A stretch of DNA of 37,279 nt from a virus (lineage: Duplodnaviria; Heunggongvirae; Uroviricota; Caudoviricetes): IMG/VR virus record IMGVR_UViG_2718217859_000009; one strand, given 5' to 3'. Below the pieces are notes generated by a model, which searched no databases, had not been told where the DNA came from, and worked only from the letters and a program-made list of their open reading frames with translations. This document shows positions 1-10,143 of this stretch, one piece after another (positions within the stretch are counted from its first letter, which is position 1; every line of letters begins with the position of its first letter). A program made the position numbers and the translations under genes.

Positions 1-258
1 ATGCAAACCGTTATTTTTGGTCGTCCGGGTTGCCCTTACTGTGTGCGTGCAAAAGATCTGGCTGAGAAATTGAGCAATGAACACGATGATTTTCAGTATC
101 ACTATGTAGATATTCGTGCGGAAGGGATCACTAAAGAAGATCTACAACAAAAGGCAGGTAAACCCGTAGAAACCGTGCCGCAGATTTTTGTCGATCAGCA
201 ACATATCGGCGGCTATACCGATTTTGCTGCATGGGTGAAAGAAAATCTGGACGCCTGA
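1..258 (+). CDS. grxA: glutaredoxin 1
   Basis: 85-aa ORF with the CPYC active-site motif (GRPGCPYCVRAK); recognised as E. coli GrxA; followed by a hairpin terminator. Confidence 0.93.
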   Translation: MQTVIFGRPGCPYCVRAKDLAEKLSNEHDDFQYHYVDIRAEGITKEDLQQKAGKPVETVPQIFVDQQHIGGYTDFAAWVKENLDA

Positions 259-267
259 TCGTCTGAC

Positions 268-300
268 AAGCCCTCGCGTTGAGGGCTTTACTGATTTTTT
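268..300. terminator. bidirectional rho-independent terminator between convergent grxA and ybjM
   Basis: stem aagccctc / gagggctt with 5-nt loop, then T-run 295-300. Confidence 0.6.
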
Positions 301-665
301 CTGTGCTGTGGTTTAAACAAACTACTGATAAATAAGAAACACAGTGCCCCCAGCGCACACCAGAACACCGCACTTAATAACCATGCCAGCTCTTGCCAGA
401 ATGAGCGCGTCGGTGAAAAAAACAGCCGCATAATGAGCATCGAACAGGGTGCCGCCAGCATTGCGCCAAACAGAGGTTTCAGGACTTCTCTACGCTGTGA
501 AAAGAAGCTGGCGACTGCTCCAGGAAGAATGAAAAATAGCAAGCCGATTTCAGGATGCCCGGCAGCCCGAAAAGCGCCTTTCATGTGCGTCGCCAGAAAA
601 AGGCACACCACAATGAAGAGGACAAAACAGCAGATTGCCCCCGCCCAACGTTGTTTATGTTTCAC
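288..665 (-). CDS. ybjM: inner membrane protein YbjM
   Basis: 125-aa hydrophobic ORF convergent with grxA; size and position match E. coli ybjM. Confidence 0.8.
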   Translation of the reverse strand: MKHKQRWAGAICCFVLFIVVCLFLATHMKGAFRAAGHPEIGLLFFILPGAVASFFSQRREVLKPLFGAMLAAPCSMLIMRLFFSPTRSFWQELAWLLSAVFWCALGALCFLFISSLFKPQHRKNQ

Positions 666-934
666 TCGTTCCTCCTGACACTGCGTCTATCGAACACATT
701 TTTCGCCAGTGTGGCATTCAGTAAGATAAAGCCGCTTCGCATTCCATGCTAATATAGGCCAACGCAATTCATATAGCCGTTGATACCTAATGTGATTACA
801 CTAGTAAAATATATTGTTACTTTACTATCGTTTAGGTGCGCTGAATGAATCTGCGCCCTGAATTCTGGTAAAAAACATTATCGTAAATTACCATTTCTTT
901 CAACAGCTTACTAGTAAACAAGAAGTTAGCCTCC

Positions 935-2620
935 GTGAATATAAACGTCGCCGAATTGTTAAATGGGAATTACATTCTGTTATTATTTGTGGTCCTCGCG
1001 CTTGGGCTATGTCTCGGAAAGTTACGACTTGGTTCGATCCAACTGGGTAATTCCATTGGCGTTTTAGTCGTATCGCTGTTATTAGGCCAACAACATTTCA
1101 GCATTAACACCGATGCGCTTAATCTTGGCTTTATGCTGTTTATTTTCTGCGTCGGGGTCGAAGCCGGACCGAACTTTTTTTCCATTTTTTTTCGCGATGG
1201 GAAAAATTACCTAATGTTAGCACTGGTGATGGTTGGCAGTGCGCTGGTGATCGCCTTAGGGTTAGGTAAGCTGTTTGGCTGGGATATTGGCCTGACGGCC
1301 GGTATGTTAGCAGGCTCTATGACGTCGACACCGGTTCTGGTCGGTGCTGGCGATACACTGCGTCATTCCGGCATGGAAAGCAGGCAGCTCTCACTGGCAC
1401 TGGATAATCTGAGCCTCGGGTATGCCTTAACCTATTTAATCGGTCTGGTGAGTTTGATTGTTGGTGCGCGTTACTTGCCGAAATTGCAGCATCAGGACTT
1501 ACAGACCAGCGCCCAGCAAATCGCCCGCGAACGTGGCCTGGACACTGATGCCAACCGTAAGGTTTATTTACCGGTGATCCGCGCCTATCGCGTCGGCCCG
1601 GAACTGGTGGCCTGGACCGACGGCAAAAATCTGCGTGAACTGGGTATTTATCGACAAACCGGCTGCTACATTGAACGTATTCGACGTAACGGGATTCTGG
1701 CAAATCCAGACGGTGATGCCGTGCTACAAATGGGCGATGAAATAGCGTTGGTAGGCTATCCCGACGCCCATGCCCGACTCGATCCCAGCTTCCGTAACGG
1801 TAAAGAAGTTTTCGATCGTGACCTTCTCGACATGCGTATCGTCACTGAAGAAGTGGTCGTTAAAAACCATAACGCTGTAGGTAAACGTCTCGCACAACTG
1901 AAGTTGACCGATCACGGTTGCTTCCTTAACCGCGTCATTCGTAGCCAGATTGAGATGCCGATAGATGACAACGTCGTGCTTAACAAAGGTGACGTTTTAC
2001 AAGTCAGCGGCGATGCCCGCCGCGTAAAAACCATCGCCGATCGCATCGGCTTTATCTCGATTCACAGCCAGGTCACTGACCTGCTGGCATTCTGCGCCTT
2101 CTTTGTTATTGGGCTGATGATCGGGATGATCACCTTCCAGTTCAGCACATTCAGTTTCGGCATGGGGAACGCTGCCGGGTTGTTATTCGCCGGAATTATG
2201 CTGGGCTTTATGCGTGCTAACCACCCGACCTTCGGTTACATTCCGCAGGGTGCATTAAGCATGGTGAAAGAGTTCGGCTTGATGGTGTTTATGGCAGGCG
2301 TTGGTCTGAGCGCCGGTAGCGGTATTAATAACGGCCTGGGCGCGATTGGCGGTCAGATGTTGATTGCCGGATTGATTGTCAGTCTGGTGCCCGTGGTTAT
2401 CTGTTTCTTGTTCGGTGCTTATGTATTGCGAATGAACCGCGCGCTGTTGTTCGGCGCAATGATGGGCGCACGTACCTGCGCGCCGGCAATGGAGATCATC
2501 AGTGATACAGCTCGCAGTAACATCCCGGCGCTGGGCTATGCGGGCACCTATGCAATCGCCAACGTCCTGCTGACGCTGGCAGGGACAATCATCGTCATGG
2601 TATGGCCAGGATTAGGATAA
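935..2620 (+). CDS. ybjL: putative transporter YbjL (AAE family, two membrane halves with central TrkA-C-like domains)
   Basis: 561-aa ORF with GTG start ([20 protein letters not shown]...), hydrophobic N- and C-terminal halves; recognised as E. coli YbjL. Confidence 0.88.
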
Positions 2621-2732
2621 AACTGAAGTTGCCCTGAAAATGAAATTTTTTTGCACAACCGCAGAACTTTTCCGCAGGGCATCAGTCTTAATTAGTGCCA
2701 CTGCTTTTCTTTGATGTCCCCATTTTGTGGAG

Positions 2733-2776
2733 CCCATCAACCCCGCCATTTCGGTTCAAGGTTGATGGGTTTTTTG
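2733..2776 (+). terminator. rho-independent terminator downstream of ybjL
   Basis: stem cccatcaacc ... ggttgatggg followed by tttttt (2770-2775). Confidence 0.5.
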
Positions 2777-2855
2777 TTGCCTGAAATTTAAGATGTTTAA
2801 AATCATGATGTTAGAAGCACTGTTTTTTAACGATGGCGACAAAATGGCGGCAGCG

Positions 2856-3074
2856 TCAAAGAGAGAGCGCCACCTGTCCTGATTTCATTGGATGCGGCTG
2901 AACTGGATTAGACTCTTTTGGTGTTGCAATCGAACGAACAAAAGTTTCATGGGTAACAAAAGTATGGCTGCAGTTAATGTTCTGGCACTGGTTATAACGC
3001 TCTTTGGTCAATGAAGATACCTGAAAACTGCTGCGAGTATGGGCGGCACTTCCACACAGTGGGCAAATCATCAT
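2856..3074 (-). CDS. ogr: Ogr/Delta-family zinc-finger late transcription activator (equivalent to 186 B)
   Basis: MMICPLCGSAAHTRSS...YNQCQNINCSHTF: C-x2-C...C-x4-C zinc-finger pattern typical of P2 Ogr; the tabulated ORF has an N-terminal extension, true start probably at MMICPLCG. Confidence 0.8.
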   Translation of the reverse strand: MMICPLCGSAAHTRSSFQVSSLTKERYNQCQNINCSHTFVTHETFVRSIATPKESNPVQPHPMKSGQVALSL

Positions 3075-3164
3075 TTTTCGAGTTCTCCCCATTTTTGCTA
3101 AATTCACAACAATGATACCGTATTATTCCATTTTGCAAACTTAAAAGTTCTCCATTGCGAAGAA

Positions 3165-4265
3165 TCATTCCATTTCGAAATCATCAATCCTCACTTCAAG
3201 CTCCAGACTGGTCGTAAAACCGTTATCCGGGCTGACGGTATGTGTCAGAGTCGTAATGGTCCATTCCGCATCATCTATCGGCTGTTTAAAACCACTGACC
3301 TTCACAGGCATTTCCGTGTAGAGATCTGCCCGCCCTTCCGCCAGTTGTAGCGAGAATGACGCAACGCCACGTTGCAGGCGTTCCCACTGCATTTTCGCTG
3401 CCCGTTCAGCGTTGCTCCGGTTGGCATAAGTGCGATTAAGTACCAGCACGTTTTCATCCGTCCCCACCAGGTAATCGCCCTGCTTCGCTTCCGGCTCTTT
3501 CTTCTGCTTCTTAGTCCTGCGCTTACGCTTCACCGTAGTGCTTTCTTTCTTCGCGGGTTCGCGGGTATGCAACCAGCTGGCAATTACCCCCGTGTAAGCT
3601 CCGCGATCTGCCAGGGTAAAGCGGTGACTGTCGCCGTCCTTACGTGTGATAGTAATCACCGGCAGTGGTTTACCGCTGGCGCTTTTGCCCTGTCCCTGCC
3701 GGATGAATAACAGATTGCCATTTTTCACCGATGCAATGGCACCGTACTGGCGCGCCAGCCGCATCAAAAAACTGCCGTCACTCTCATTAGTCTGGTCTAT
3801 ATGCTCCACGGGCTTATCCGACAGGTCTTTACCCAGTGCCATCTTCAGCTTGTGACGTACGGCTATTTCCTTCACCACTTCCCCGACAGTGGTCTTGTGC
3901 CACGATTTTTCGCGGCGGGTATTTAGTGTTTCACGAAAATCAGCACTTCGCGCCCGGATAGTCAGGCGGTCCGGTGCGCCAGTGTGTTCAATCTCGTCCA
4001 CCGTGAATGCCCCTTTCGGGAAAAGCGGCTGCCCCTTCCAGCCCAGCGCCAGAGTAATGACCGCACCACGGCGCGGCAGCACGATTTTTCCATCGGCGTC
4101 GTCCAGCTCCAGATCAAGCTGGTCCGCTTCAAATCCCCGGTTATCCGTCAGCGTCAGCCCCATCAGGCGGTTGTCCAACACAGTGGTGATATCCCTGCCT
4201 TCAATACTGATGCTGAATGCCGGAGTTTTGTTGCCTTTGTTAAGCAGTTCAGAGCTGAAATTCAC
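3165..4265 (-). CDS. tail protein gpD (late control D family)
   Basis: 366 aa, position downstream of U and T; resembles P2 gpD; 4-nt overlap with U. Confidence 0.85.
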   Translation of the reverse strand: MNFSSELLNKGNKTPAFSISIEGRDITTVLDNRLMGLTLTDNRGFEADQLDLELDDADGKIVLPRRGAVITLALGWKGQPLFPKGAFTVDEIEHTGAPDRLTIRARSADFRETLNTRREKSWHKTTVGEVVKEIAVRHKLKMALGKDLSDKPVEHIDQTNESDGSFLMRLARQYGAIASVKNGNLLFIRQGQGKSASGKPLPVITITRKDGDSHRFTLADRGAYTGVIASWLHTREPAKKESTTVKRKRRTKKQKKEPEAKQGDYLVGTDENVLVLNRTYANRSNAERAAKMQWERLQRGVASFSLQLAEGRADLYTEMPVKVSGFKQPIDDAEWTITTLTHTVSPDNGFTTSLELEVRIDDFEME

Positions 4266-4747
4266 GACAGAAGCCCTCCTACCGTTTTACTGATATCGCT
4301 TAAGGCAGATGTTGCCGTTCCCTGCAGATTATTCAGTTGAGTACTGAGATCACCGAACATATCGGACAGGGATTCATCCACCCGTTTTAGCGACAGGGTG
4401 AACTCAATCCGGCGCGGCATACCGTCGCGGAAAAACTCCGTTTTAGTCTGATTCAGTCCCTCAATCACATACATGCCGTAAATCGTGCCGCTGCCTTCAA
4501 TCAGAGGCCATGCTTTCCCCTGTTCTGCCATCTGCTCCAGTGCCAGCAACGACAGCCTGCCGCCTGTTATCTCCGGCATAAGAACACCAGAAAGCGTCAG
4601 CATGTCATTGTCCGGTCCCAGAAACTGCGTTGACGGGCGTCGGTTAACCCGGCTGTTAGCCGCATGTCGCCAGCTGCGCTGATACTGCAGCTCCTGATAC
4701 GGCACGGTGCGCAGCATAAACACGTACAATCCCAGCACCATCATCAT
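4262..4747 (-). CDS. tail protein gpU
   Basis: 161 aa, between T and D as in P2; overlapping start/stop codons. Confidence 0.8.
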   Translation of the reverse strand: MMMVLGLYVFMLRTVPYQELQYQRSWRHAANSRVNRRPSTQFLGPDNDMLTLSGVLMPEITGGRLSLLALEQMAEQGKAWPLIEGSGTIYGMYVIEGLNQTKTEFFRDGMPRRIEFTLSLKRVDESLSDMFGDLSTQLNNLQGTATSALSDISKTVGGLLS

Positions 4748-7700
4748 GCGTCGTATCCCCCCTGATCGCTGTAGTTACTCCTGGCTTTTGCCTTCAGCCT
4801 GCGTTCACGTTCATCAAGCTGGCGGGCCACCTCCCGCGCAATATCCTGCGCACTTTGTCCTGGCTGCGTCTGAATGATGATCTGCGTCGGTGCCTCAATC
4901 CGTTGAACGGGCGGCACAGCAGCTGCGCGACTCACCATCGCTTCACCGCCTTTCGCGGGAAGCGCCAAAGGATGCAACGGTGGAAGCTCTACTGGCGCGG
5001 CAGCAACGCCCATCATTCCGGCAACAACGGCAGCCAGTGCAGCTGTATTTCTCCGGCTGGTCACATTTGCCGGGCCGTTAACAATTTCCGGCCCGTTTTC
5101 ACCGACGATGCCAAACTGCCCGCGCGGGATATACCCGCCGCTGTCATACATCCCCGCAAAGCCATATCCCCATGACGGAAAACCACCTGATGGCATCATC
5201 ACTTTGCCGTCTGCATTCACTGTTGCGGGTTGCTGACGCGTCACGCTTTCCGGCAGTTTCGCCTTTGCAGCCTCTTTACTGATAATGCCGAGTTTCTCCA
5301 GCAACCAGGAAACGCCGGATTTCAGGGAGTCCAGCGGATGCATGACCATATTCAGCCCTTCCGCCAGTGCCTCCCCGAATCGTCGCCCCATTGCCGCTGC
5401 GCTCTGCAGTTCGGCAGAGGTCGACTTAACGGGCGTCAGCAGATCAGTAAACCAGCCCCACAGCGCCTGTACTTTGTCGCCAATCCACTGGAACACGGGC
5501 TTAAGCGGTTCGAATGCTGCACTGACGGGACCTGCCGCCGCTTTGAATCCTTCCACCACGCCACCAAGAAATGCGGTGATGGGTTGCCAGTATTTCCAGA
5601 CAACCAGCGCCACGCCCGCCAGTGCAGTAACCACAAGACCTATCGGACTGAGCAGAGCACCTAACAGACCAGATACGGCATACAGGGCAATGCGCAGCAT
5701 CGCCAGTGGACCAGATGCCAGTACTCGCAGCACCGTGCCTGCGGCGGCCAGTCCACCGCGCAGTACCGCCAGAGGATTCATAAACATCACAGCAACAGCA
5801 CGTAAACCGGATAATCCAGACCGCAAAAGTGCAACCGGCGCACCTGCTACAGTTTTCAGGACATTTCCCGTCAGTGATGCCGTGCGGCGCAAAGACGACA
5901 ACGGCGCAGTAAGTAAACCTGCGGCGTTGCCCGATGAAGCAAGCCCGCGTCGCAGCAGTGCCAGTGGTGCGCCAGCCAGCCAGGACAACGCGCTGCTGGT
6001 TCGAGTTACTGCTGCCGTAACGGAAGGTAACGTTTTGATACCCAGCACAGAGAATCCCAGACGGATCACTGCCAGCGGCCCCAGAACTGCAGCCAGCGCC
6101 ACCGCTAAGGTGCCGAGGCCTACGGTAACCGCAGCCACAACAGCCGCTACTTTCATCAGTGTGCCTGTCAGTTCCGGGTTAGCTTCCACCCAGCGACGCA
6201 ACGCCCCCGTGACGCTTTTCACCGTGTACAGAATATCCATCAGCGGCTGGCGCAGCGTTTCGCCCAGGCTGCTGAAAGTGTTCTGTGCTCCGGTTTTGAC
6301 CAGCAACCACTGAGCAGAAAGTGAGTCTTTGTTGATGTCGGATTCTTTCTGCATGGAGCCGAGCGCATCATTGCCCGCAGTCAGTTTTAGCTGGCGCTGA
6401 AGTTCCGGCAGGTTGTTTGCCAGTTTCGCCGCGTCATCGCCAAACTCTTTACCAAACAACATGGTCATGGCAGACAGACGCTTGTCCTGCGGCAGTGCGT
6501 TCACCTTCTCCAGCACACGCTGGATAGTTCCCATCGCATCCTTCGTCATCTGCTTTTCAATCACTTCAGGATTGAGTTTCAGCAGATTCATCCCTTCAAA
6601 GAAACTCTTGCTTTGCATGGTGGCAATGGATAATTCACGCACCATCGCGTTTGCTGCACTGGCTGCAACCTCCGGCGCAGCGCCCAGTGTCAGAAAGGTG
6701 GAACCCAGTGCCGCCGCTTTACGATAATCCAGACGGTCAGCCACACCGCCCAGACGTTGCATGACATCAATGATGTCTGCCCCTTTCGACATGGCGTTAT
6801 CATCCAGATAGTTCAGTGCATCGCCGAGCTGTTCAATATTGCGGGTAGGTATTTTGTAGAGCTGGGCGATTTTCCCCAGACTTTCTGACAGTTCATCCGC
6901 TGGCAGCTCAAAGGCTGTTGCCGCCTTTGCTGCCGTGCTGGCGAAGGCCAGCAGGTCACGTTTCTGGTCTTCCCAGCTGTCGTCAGGATTTGCGACGTTC
7001 ATGCGCGCACCACCTTCAACCAGTGCGGCAAAGTCCACAGCACCGTTTTCCATCGGCAACTGTTCGCTGGCACCCTTGATGGCATCCTGCATTTCGTAAA
7101 AACGCGCGGTGCGGTTGCCATTATCGTCACGCAGACCATTGACCTGCTTTGCCACACCTTTCATGGCATCTTCCATGCTGGTATAGCTTTTTACTGCCGC
7201 CATCACTGGTGCGCCCATTGCCAGCCCTGCAGCCGTGGTGGTGGCTCCGGCTCCTGCGATGCGATCGCGCACTTCAAGCCGTCTTGAGTATTGTTCTCTG
7301 GCAGCGTTCATCCGTGCCTGTTGTTCACCCAGACGTTTAAGTGCTTTTTGCTGGCCCTCCAGTGCCTGCCTTGTTTCTTCAGCATTTTTCTTAAGTTCTC
7401 GCTGGGCACTACTGAGTTGTCTGGTATCAATCCCTGATTCTTTAAGTGCCTGACGTTGTCTCTGGACCGCCCCCAACAAGCCGTTATAGGTCTGCTGAAG
7501 TTCCTGTACTCGTGTTTTGGCCTGACTGAATAACTTTGCCTGCGCGGCGGTTGGCCTGTTAGTGGCAGCAAATTGTGTGGCGAGTTTTGCCGCCTCTTCG
7601 CGGGCTGCGTTCAGGTTGTTGGCTGTTATAGCTAGTTGCGAGCGCGTCTTGCGAAATTCATCAATTCTGCCAGCCTGCTTATTCAGTTCTTTGAGGCTGT

Positions 7701-7821
7701 TTCGGGTATTCTGAATTGCGCCAGCCAGCTCTTTCGAACTGGCCTGTGCAGCACGGAATGGGCGGGTGAGTTTGTCAACCGCATTAAGAATGACCTGCAG
7801 GCGCAGGTTATTATCACTCAT
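4744..7821 (-). CDS. tail tape measure protein gpT
   Basis: 1025 aa, N-terminal coiled-coil-rich region and Ala/Gly/Leu-rich hydrophobic repeats, immediately downstream of E/E'. Confidence 0.9.
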   Translation of the reverse strand: MSDNNLRLQVILNAVDKLTRPFRAAQASSKELAGAIQNTRNSLKELNKQAGRIDEFRKTRSQLAITANNLNAAREEAAKLATQFAATNRPTAAQAKLFSQAKTRVQELQQTYNGLLGAVQRQRQALKESGIDTRQLSSAQRELKKNAEETRQALEGQQKALKRLGEQQARMNAAREQYSRRLEVRDRIAGAGATTTAAGLAMGAPVMAAVKSYTSMEDAMKGVAKQVNGLRDDNGNRTARFYEMQDAIKGASEQLPMENGAVDFAALVEGGARMNVANPDDSWEDQKRDLLAFASTAAKAATAFELPADELSESLGKIAQLYKIPTRNIEQLGDALNYLDDNAMSKGADIIDVMQRLGGVADRLDYRKAAALGSTFLTLGAAPEVAASAANAMVRELSIATMQSKSFFEGMNLLKLNPEVIEKQMTKDAMGTIQRVLEKVNALPQDKRLSAMTMLFGKEFGDDAAKLANNLPELQRQLKLTAGNDALGSMQKESDINKDSLSAQWLLVKTGAQNTFSSLGETLRQPLMDILYTVKSVTGALRRWVEANPELTGTLMKVAAVVAAVTVGLGTLAVALAAVLGPLAVIRLGFSVLGIKTLPSVTAAVTRTSSALSWLAGAPLALLRRGLASSGNAAGLLTAPLSSLRRTASLTGNVLKTVAGAPVALLRSGLSGLRAVAVMFMNPLAVLRGGLAAAGTVLRVLASGPLAMLRIALYAVSGLLGALLSPIGLVVTALAGVALVVWKYWQPITAFLGGVVEGFKAAAGPVSAAFEPLKPVFQWIGDKVQALWGWFTDLLTPVKSTSAELQSAAAMGRRFGEALAEGLNMVMHPLDSLKSGVSWLLEKLGIISKEAAKAKLPESVTRQQPATVNADGKVMMPSGGFPSWGYGFAGMYDSGGYIPRGQFGIVGENGPEIVNGPANVTSRRNTAALAAVVAGMMGVAAAPVELPPLHPLALPAKGGEAMVSRAAAVPPVQRIEAPTQIIIQTQPGQSAQDIAREVARQLDERERRLKAKARSNYSDQGGYDA

Positions 7822-8250
7822 CGTTGGCCCCGCTTCTCTGAATCGCTTTATACCGCCATTCCAGCACTTCGGTCAGCGGCATAACGTCAGTAACGGATGG
7901 CGGCCAGTGAAAGATGGTGGCGATATCAGCCACCAGATCGTCAACCGTCAGGCTGTCGGTAAACCGGCAAGCACCGACTTCTTCAACAAAAAAGTGACAA
8001 CCTCAACCGACATAGCGGTGAGATCTGCCGGGTCCATCTCTGCAATTTCCTGTGTAGTCAGTGCCGGGCTGGAGATGCGGGGGATCACGGTCATCATCGC
8101 GTTCACATCCATATCCATAATGGCCTGCAGGCGTGTACCGCGCAGTGCACCGGACTGCGGTTTACGCAGCACAATTTCGGTGATTTCAGTTTTACCACGC
8201 ATGATGGGGGTATCCAGTTGAATGGTCTTTTCAGTCTGCTTATCGCTCAT
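7814..8250 (-). CDS. gpE+E' tail chaperone fusion made by programmed -1 frameshift
   Basis: Minus-strand heptamer T-TTT-TTG (plus 7987..7993); the -1 frame then reads VEEVGACRFTDSLTVDDLVADIATIFHWPPSVTDVMPLTEVLEWRYKAIQRSGANDE and stops at a TGA overlapping the T start codon. Confidence 0.65.
7948..8250 (-). CDS. tail assembly chaperone gpE
   Basis: 100-aa ORF upstream of T, ending ...VTFLLKKSVLAGLPTA across a TTTTTTG slippery heptamer. Confidence 0.8.
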   Translation of the reverse strand: MSDKQTEKTIQLDTPIMRGKTEITEIVLRKPQSGALRGTRLQAIMDMDVNAMMTVIPRISSPALTTQEIAEMDPADLTAMSVEVVTFLLKKSVLAGLPTA

Positions 8251-8304
8251 TTTGCTGTCCTGTAAATTAGGTTCTGGCGCGGCATTCCGCGCCGTTCAGA
8301 TACA

Positions 8305-8819
8305 TCAGAGGCCGAGGGCGTTGCGGTGCGCTTCCATCAGGTCCACACCGTCCACAATTTCCACCATGTTGATAAGGTCCACTTCATAGAGCACCTCACC
8401 ATTGATAGTCAGCTTCGCGTAGCTGTTGGTACTGGTCACTTTAGTGGTGTTGCTTTCGCCCGTCTTCCACTCGCCGGAATCCACTTCTTTGTGACGTCCA
8501 CGCACCACAAGCTCCACGGCCTGCACTTCCCCGGTATCATCACGCTGGATAGAGCCGGTAAAGCGCAACTGGATGCCATCCACCGTGGCTTTGCCCATCT
8601 GCTTAAACAGCAGCAGCTCAGTACCACCAATGGAAAATTCTGTGTCCAGAGCACTGTCATCAAGCCCCAGATCCACATCCACCGCCCCGGCATTCCGCCG
8701 CCGCGATACTTCTCATATTTGCGGGTGAATTTCGGCAGCGTCAGCGACTCAACGATCCCCTGCCAGTTGTTCCCGTCGTTAAACAGGTTCAGGTGTTTTA
8801 ATTTGCGTGGTAAAGCCAT
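8305..8819 (-). pseudogene. tail tube protein gpFII, split by a 1-nt frameshift
   Basis: N-terminal part MALPRKLKHLNLFNDG...YRGGGMPG is in one frame (ORF 8436..8819) and the rest (A)VDVDLGLDDSALDTEF...HRNALGL is in another (ORF 8305..8682); the join lies at a C4 run at plus 8684..8687; adding one nt restores about 171 codons. Confidence 0.75.
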
Positions 8820-8828
8820 GTTGTCCCC

Positions 8829-10001
8829 TTACGCGCTGACCTGGCTGGAGAAATTCACCAGGTACTGATCGGTGATGCGCTGACGCAGCATCAGGTTTTC
8901 AAGTGGCGGCACTGGCGTGTAGTCGTAGTCGATGGTGAGCTTCCCGGCTTTCAGAGTATCTTTGTCGTTCACCGACTCATCCAGCCAGCAATCACCACCA
9001 ATGAGATAGCCCTGACTGACCAGGCTGCGCATTTTGGCGCGGATACCTTCGATAATGTCGCGGGCCAACGACGGGTTCAGCGGTTTGTCCACCGCCCACA
9101 TATGCGCTTCTGCCATTGTGTCCATAAGTACTTGCGCCGTGCGGGTGTAGTTTTCGAAGGCAAAGAGCGGGTCATCACTCAGGCAGCGGGAACCCCAGAA
9201 GCGGAAACCGTCTTTGCGGATAAGGGTGGTGACGTCGTTCTGGTTCAGCAGTCCCGCATCTGTTGCCGTGTCCTGCAGATCCCAGAACACATCAGCAGAA
9301 ATTCCGGTGACACCGTTCACGCCCACGTTGGACAGGCTTTTGTGCCACCCGGTCTGCTCATCAATTTTGGCACGCAGACCAAGTGCACGGGCGGTGGCAT
9401 ATGCCGTTGCTTCGGCATTCAGCACCGTGTCCCAGCCAGTAAAGTCGGGCCAGATCAGCATTCCTTCGCGCTGGCTGAAGTTTTCACGGTAAGTGATCGC
9501 CTCCTGTACCGTCTTGCAGCCATACGCTGACAGGTAAGCAAACCCACGCAGGCTTTGCGCCACGCTCAGCAACTCAGTCGCAACGGCTTTGTTATCGTGA
9601 CCTGGCACGCCGAGAATGCGCGGTTTAACGCCGAGCTGTGACTGGGCAGATAACAGAGCTTTCATGCCTGTTTTTTTACCTTCAGCAGTCACTGCGCCGA
9701 TGATATTGGTCGTGGTTTCTTCTTCCGTTTCACCCTGCGGCACACGCACAACAACGGTCACGGGTTTTGCCTGGTCAGCGATGGCATCCAGCGAACGGGC
9801 CAGCGTGCCGGACTCACCCGCTTTACCGCTGGCAGTCAGCACATCAGTGATCAGCACAGGTTTGTTAAGAGGAAACATTTTTGCATCGGCATCATCGCCC
9901 GTGCAGACCATGCCCACGATGGCGGTGCTCACCGTGGTAATGGATCGGGTGCCTTCGTTGACTTCAACAACGCGCACCCCGTGGTGGTAATCCTGAGCCA
10001 T
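8829..10001 (-). CDS. contractile tail sheath protein gpFI
   Basis: 390 aa ([24 protein letters not shown]...); size and sequence resemble P2 FI. Confidence 0.9.
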   Translation of the reverse strand: MAQDYHHGVRVVEVNEGTRSITTVSTAIVGMVCTGDDADAKMFPLNKPVLITDVLTASGKAGESGTLARSLDAIADQAKPVTVVVRVPQGETEEETTTNIIGAVTAEGKKTGMKALLSAQSQLGVKPRILGVPGHDNKAVATELLSVAQSLRGFAYLSAYGCKTVQEAITYRENFSQREGMLIWPDFTGWDTVLNAEATAYATARALGLRAKIDEQTGWHKSLSNVGVNGVTGISADVFWDLQDTATDAGLLNQNDVTTLIRKDGFRFWGSRCLSDDPLFAFENYTRTAQVLMDTMAEAHMWAVDKPLNPSLARDIIEGIRAKMRSLVSQGYLIGGDCWLDESVNDKDTLKAGKLTIDYDYTPVPPLENLMLRQRITDQYLVNFSSQVSA

Positions 10002-10077
10002 AGTGGCGAACCTCCTGATTGGATTAGGCTTCGCCCTATGTTGAAGTGATTGTGCCTGACAAACAGCTAAGCGCAGT

Positions 10078-10095
10078 TGTACCGTTATTCACACA
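10078..10095. promoter_or_regulatory. Ogr-binding dyad of late promoter P_F (TGT-N12-ACA)
   Basis: tgt accgttattcac aca about 85 nt upstream of the FI start codon. Confidence 0.55.
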
Positions 10096-10143
10096 AAATG
10101 ACGGTATTTGTCTACTTGCAGGGATAATCAAAATAATGCTGAT

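Noticed and set aside
433-752. Plus-strand ORFs of 65 and 81 aa
   Set aside because: Overlap ybjM on the opposite strand; Arg/Lys-rich nonsense translations.
3075-3107. N-terminal extension of ogr (MNLAKMGRTRK)
   Set aside because: Ogr-family proteins start immediately before the first Cys pair; the extension is likely upstream read-through of the ORF caller.
5285-6313. 342-aa plus-strand ORF, Ala/Ser/Pro/Thr-rich
   Set aside because: Entirely antisense to the tape measure gene T; composition is typical of a spurious reverse-frame ORF in GC-rich repetitive coding sequence.
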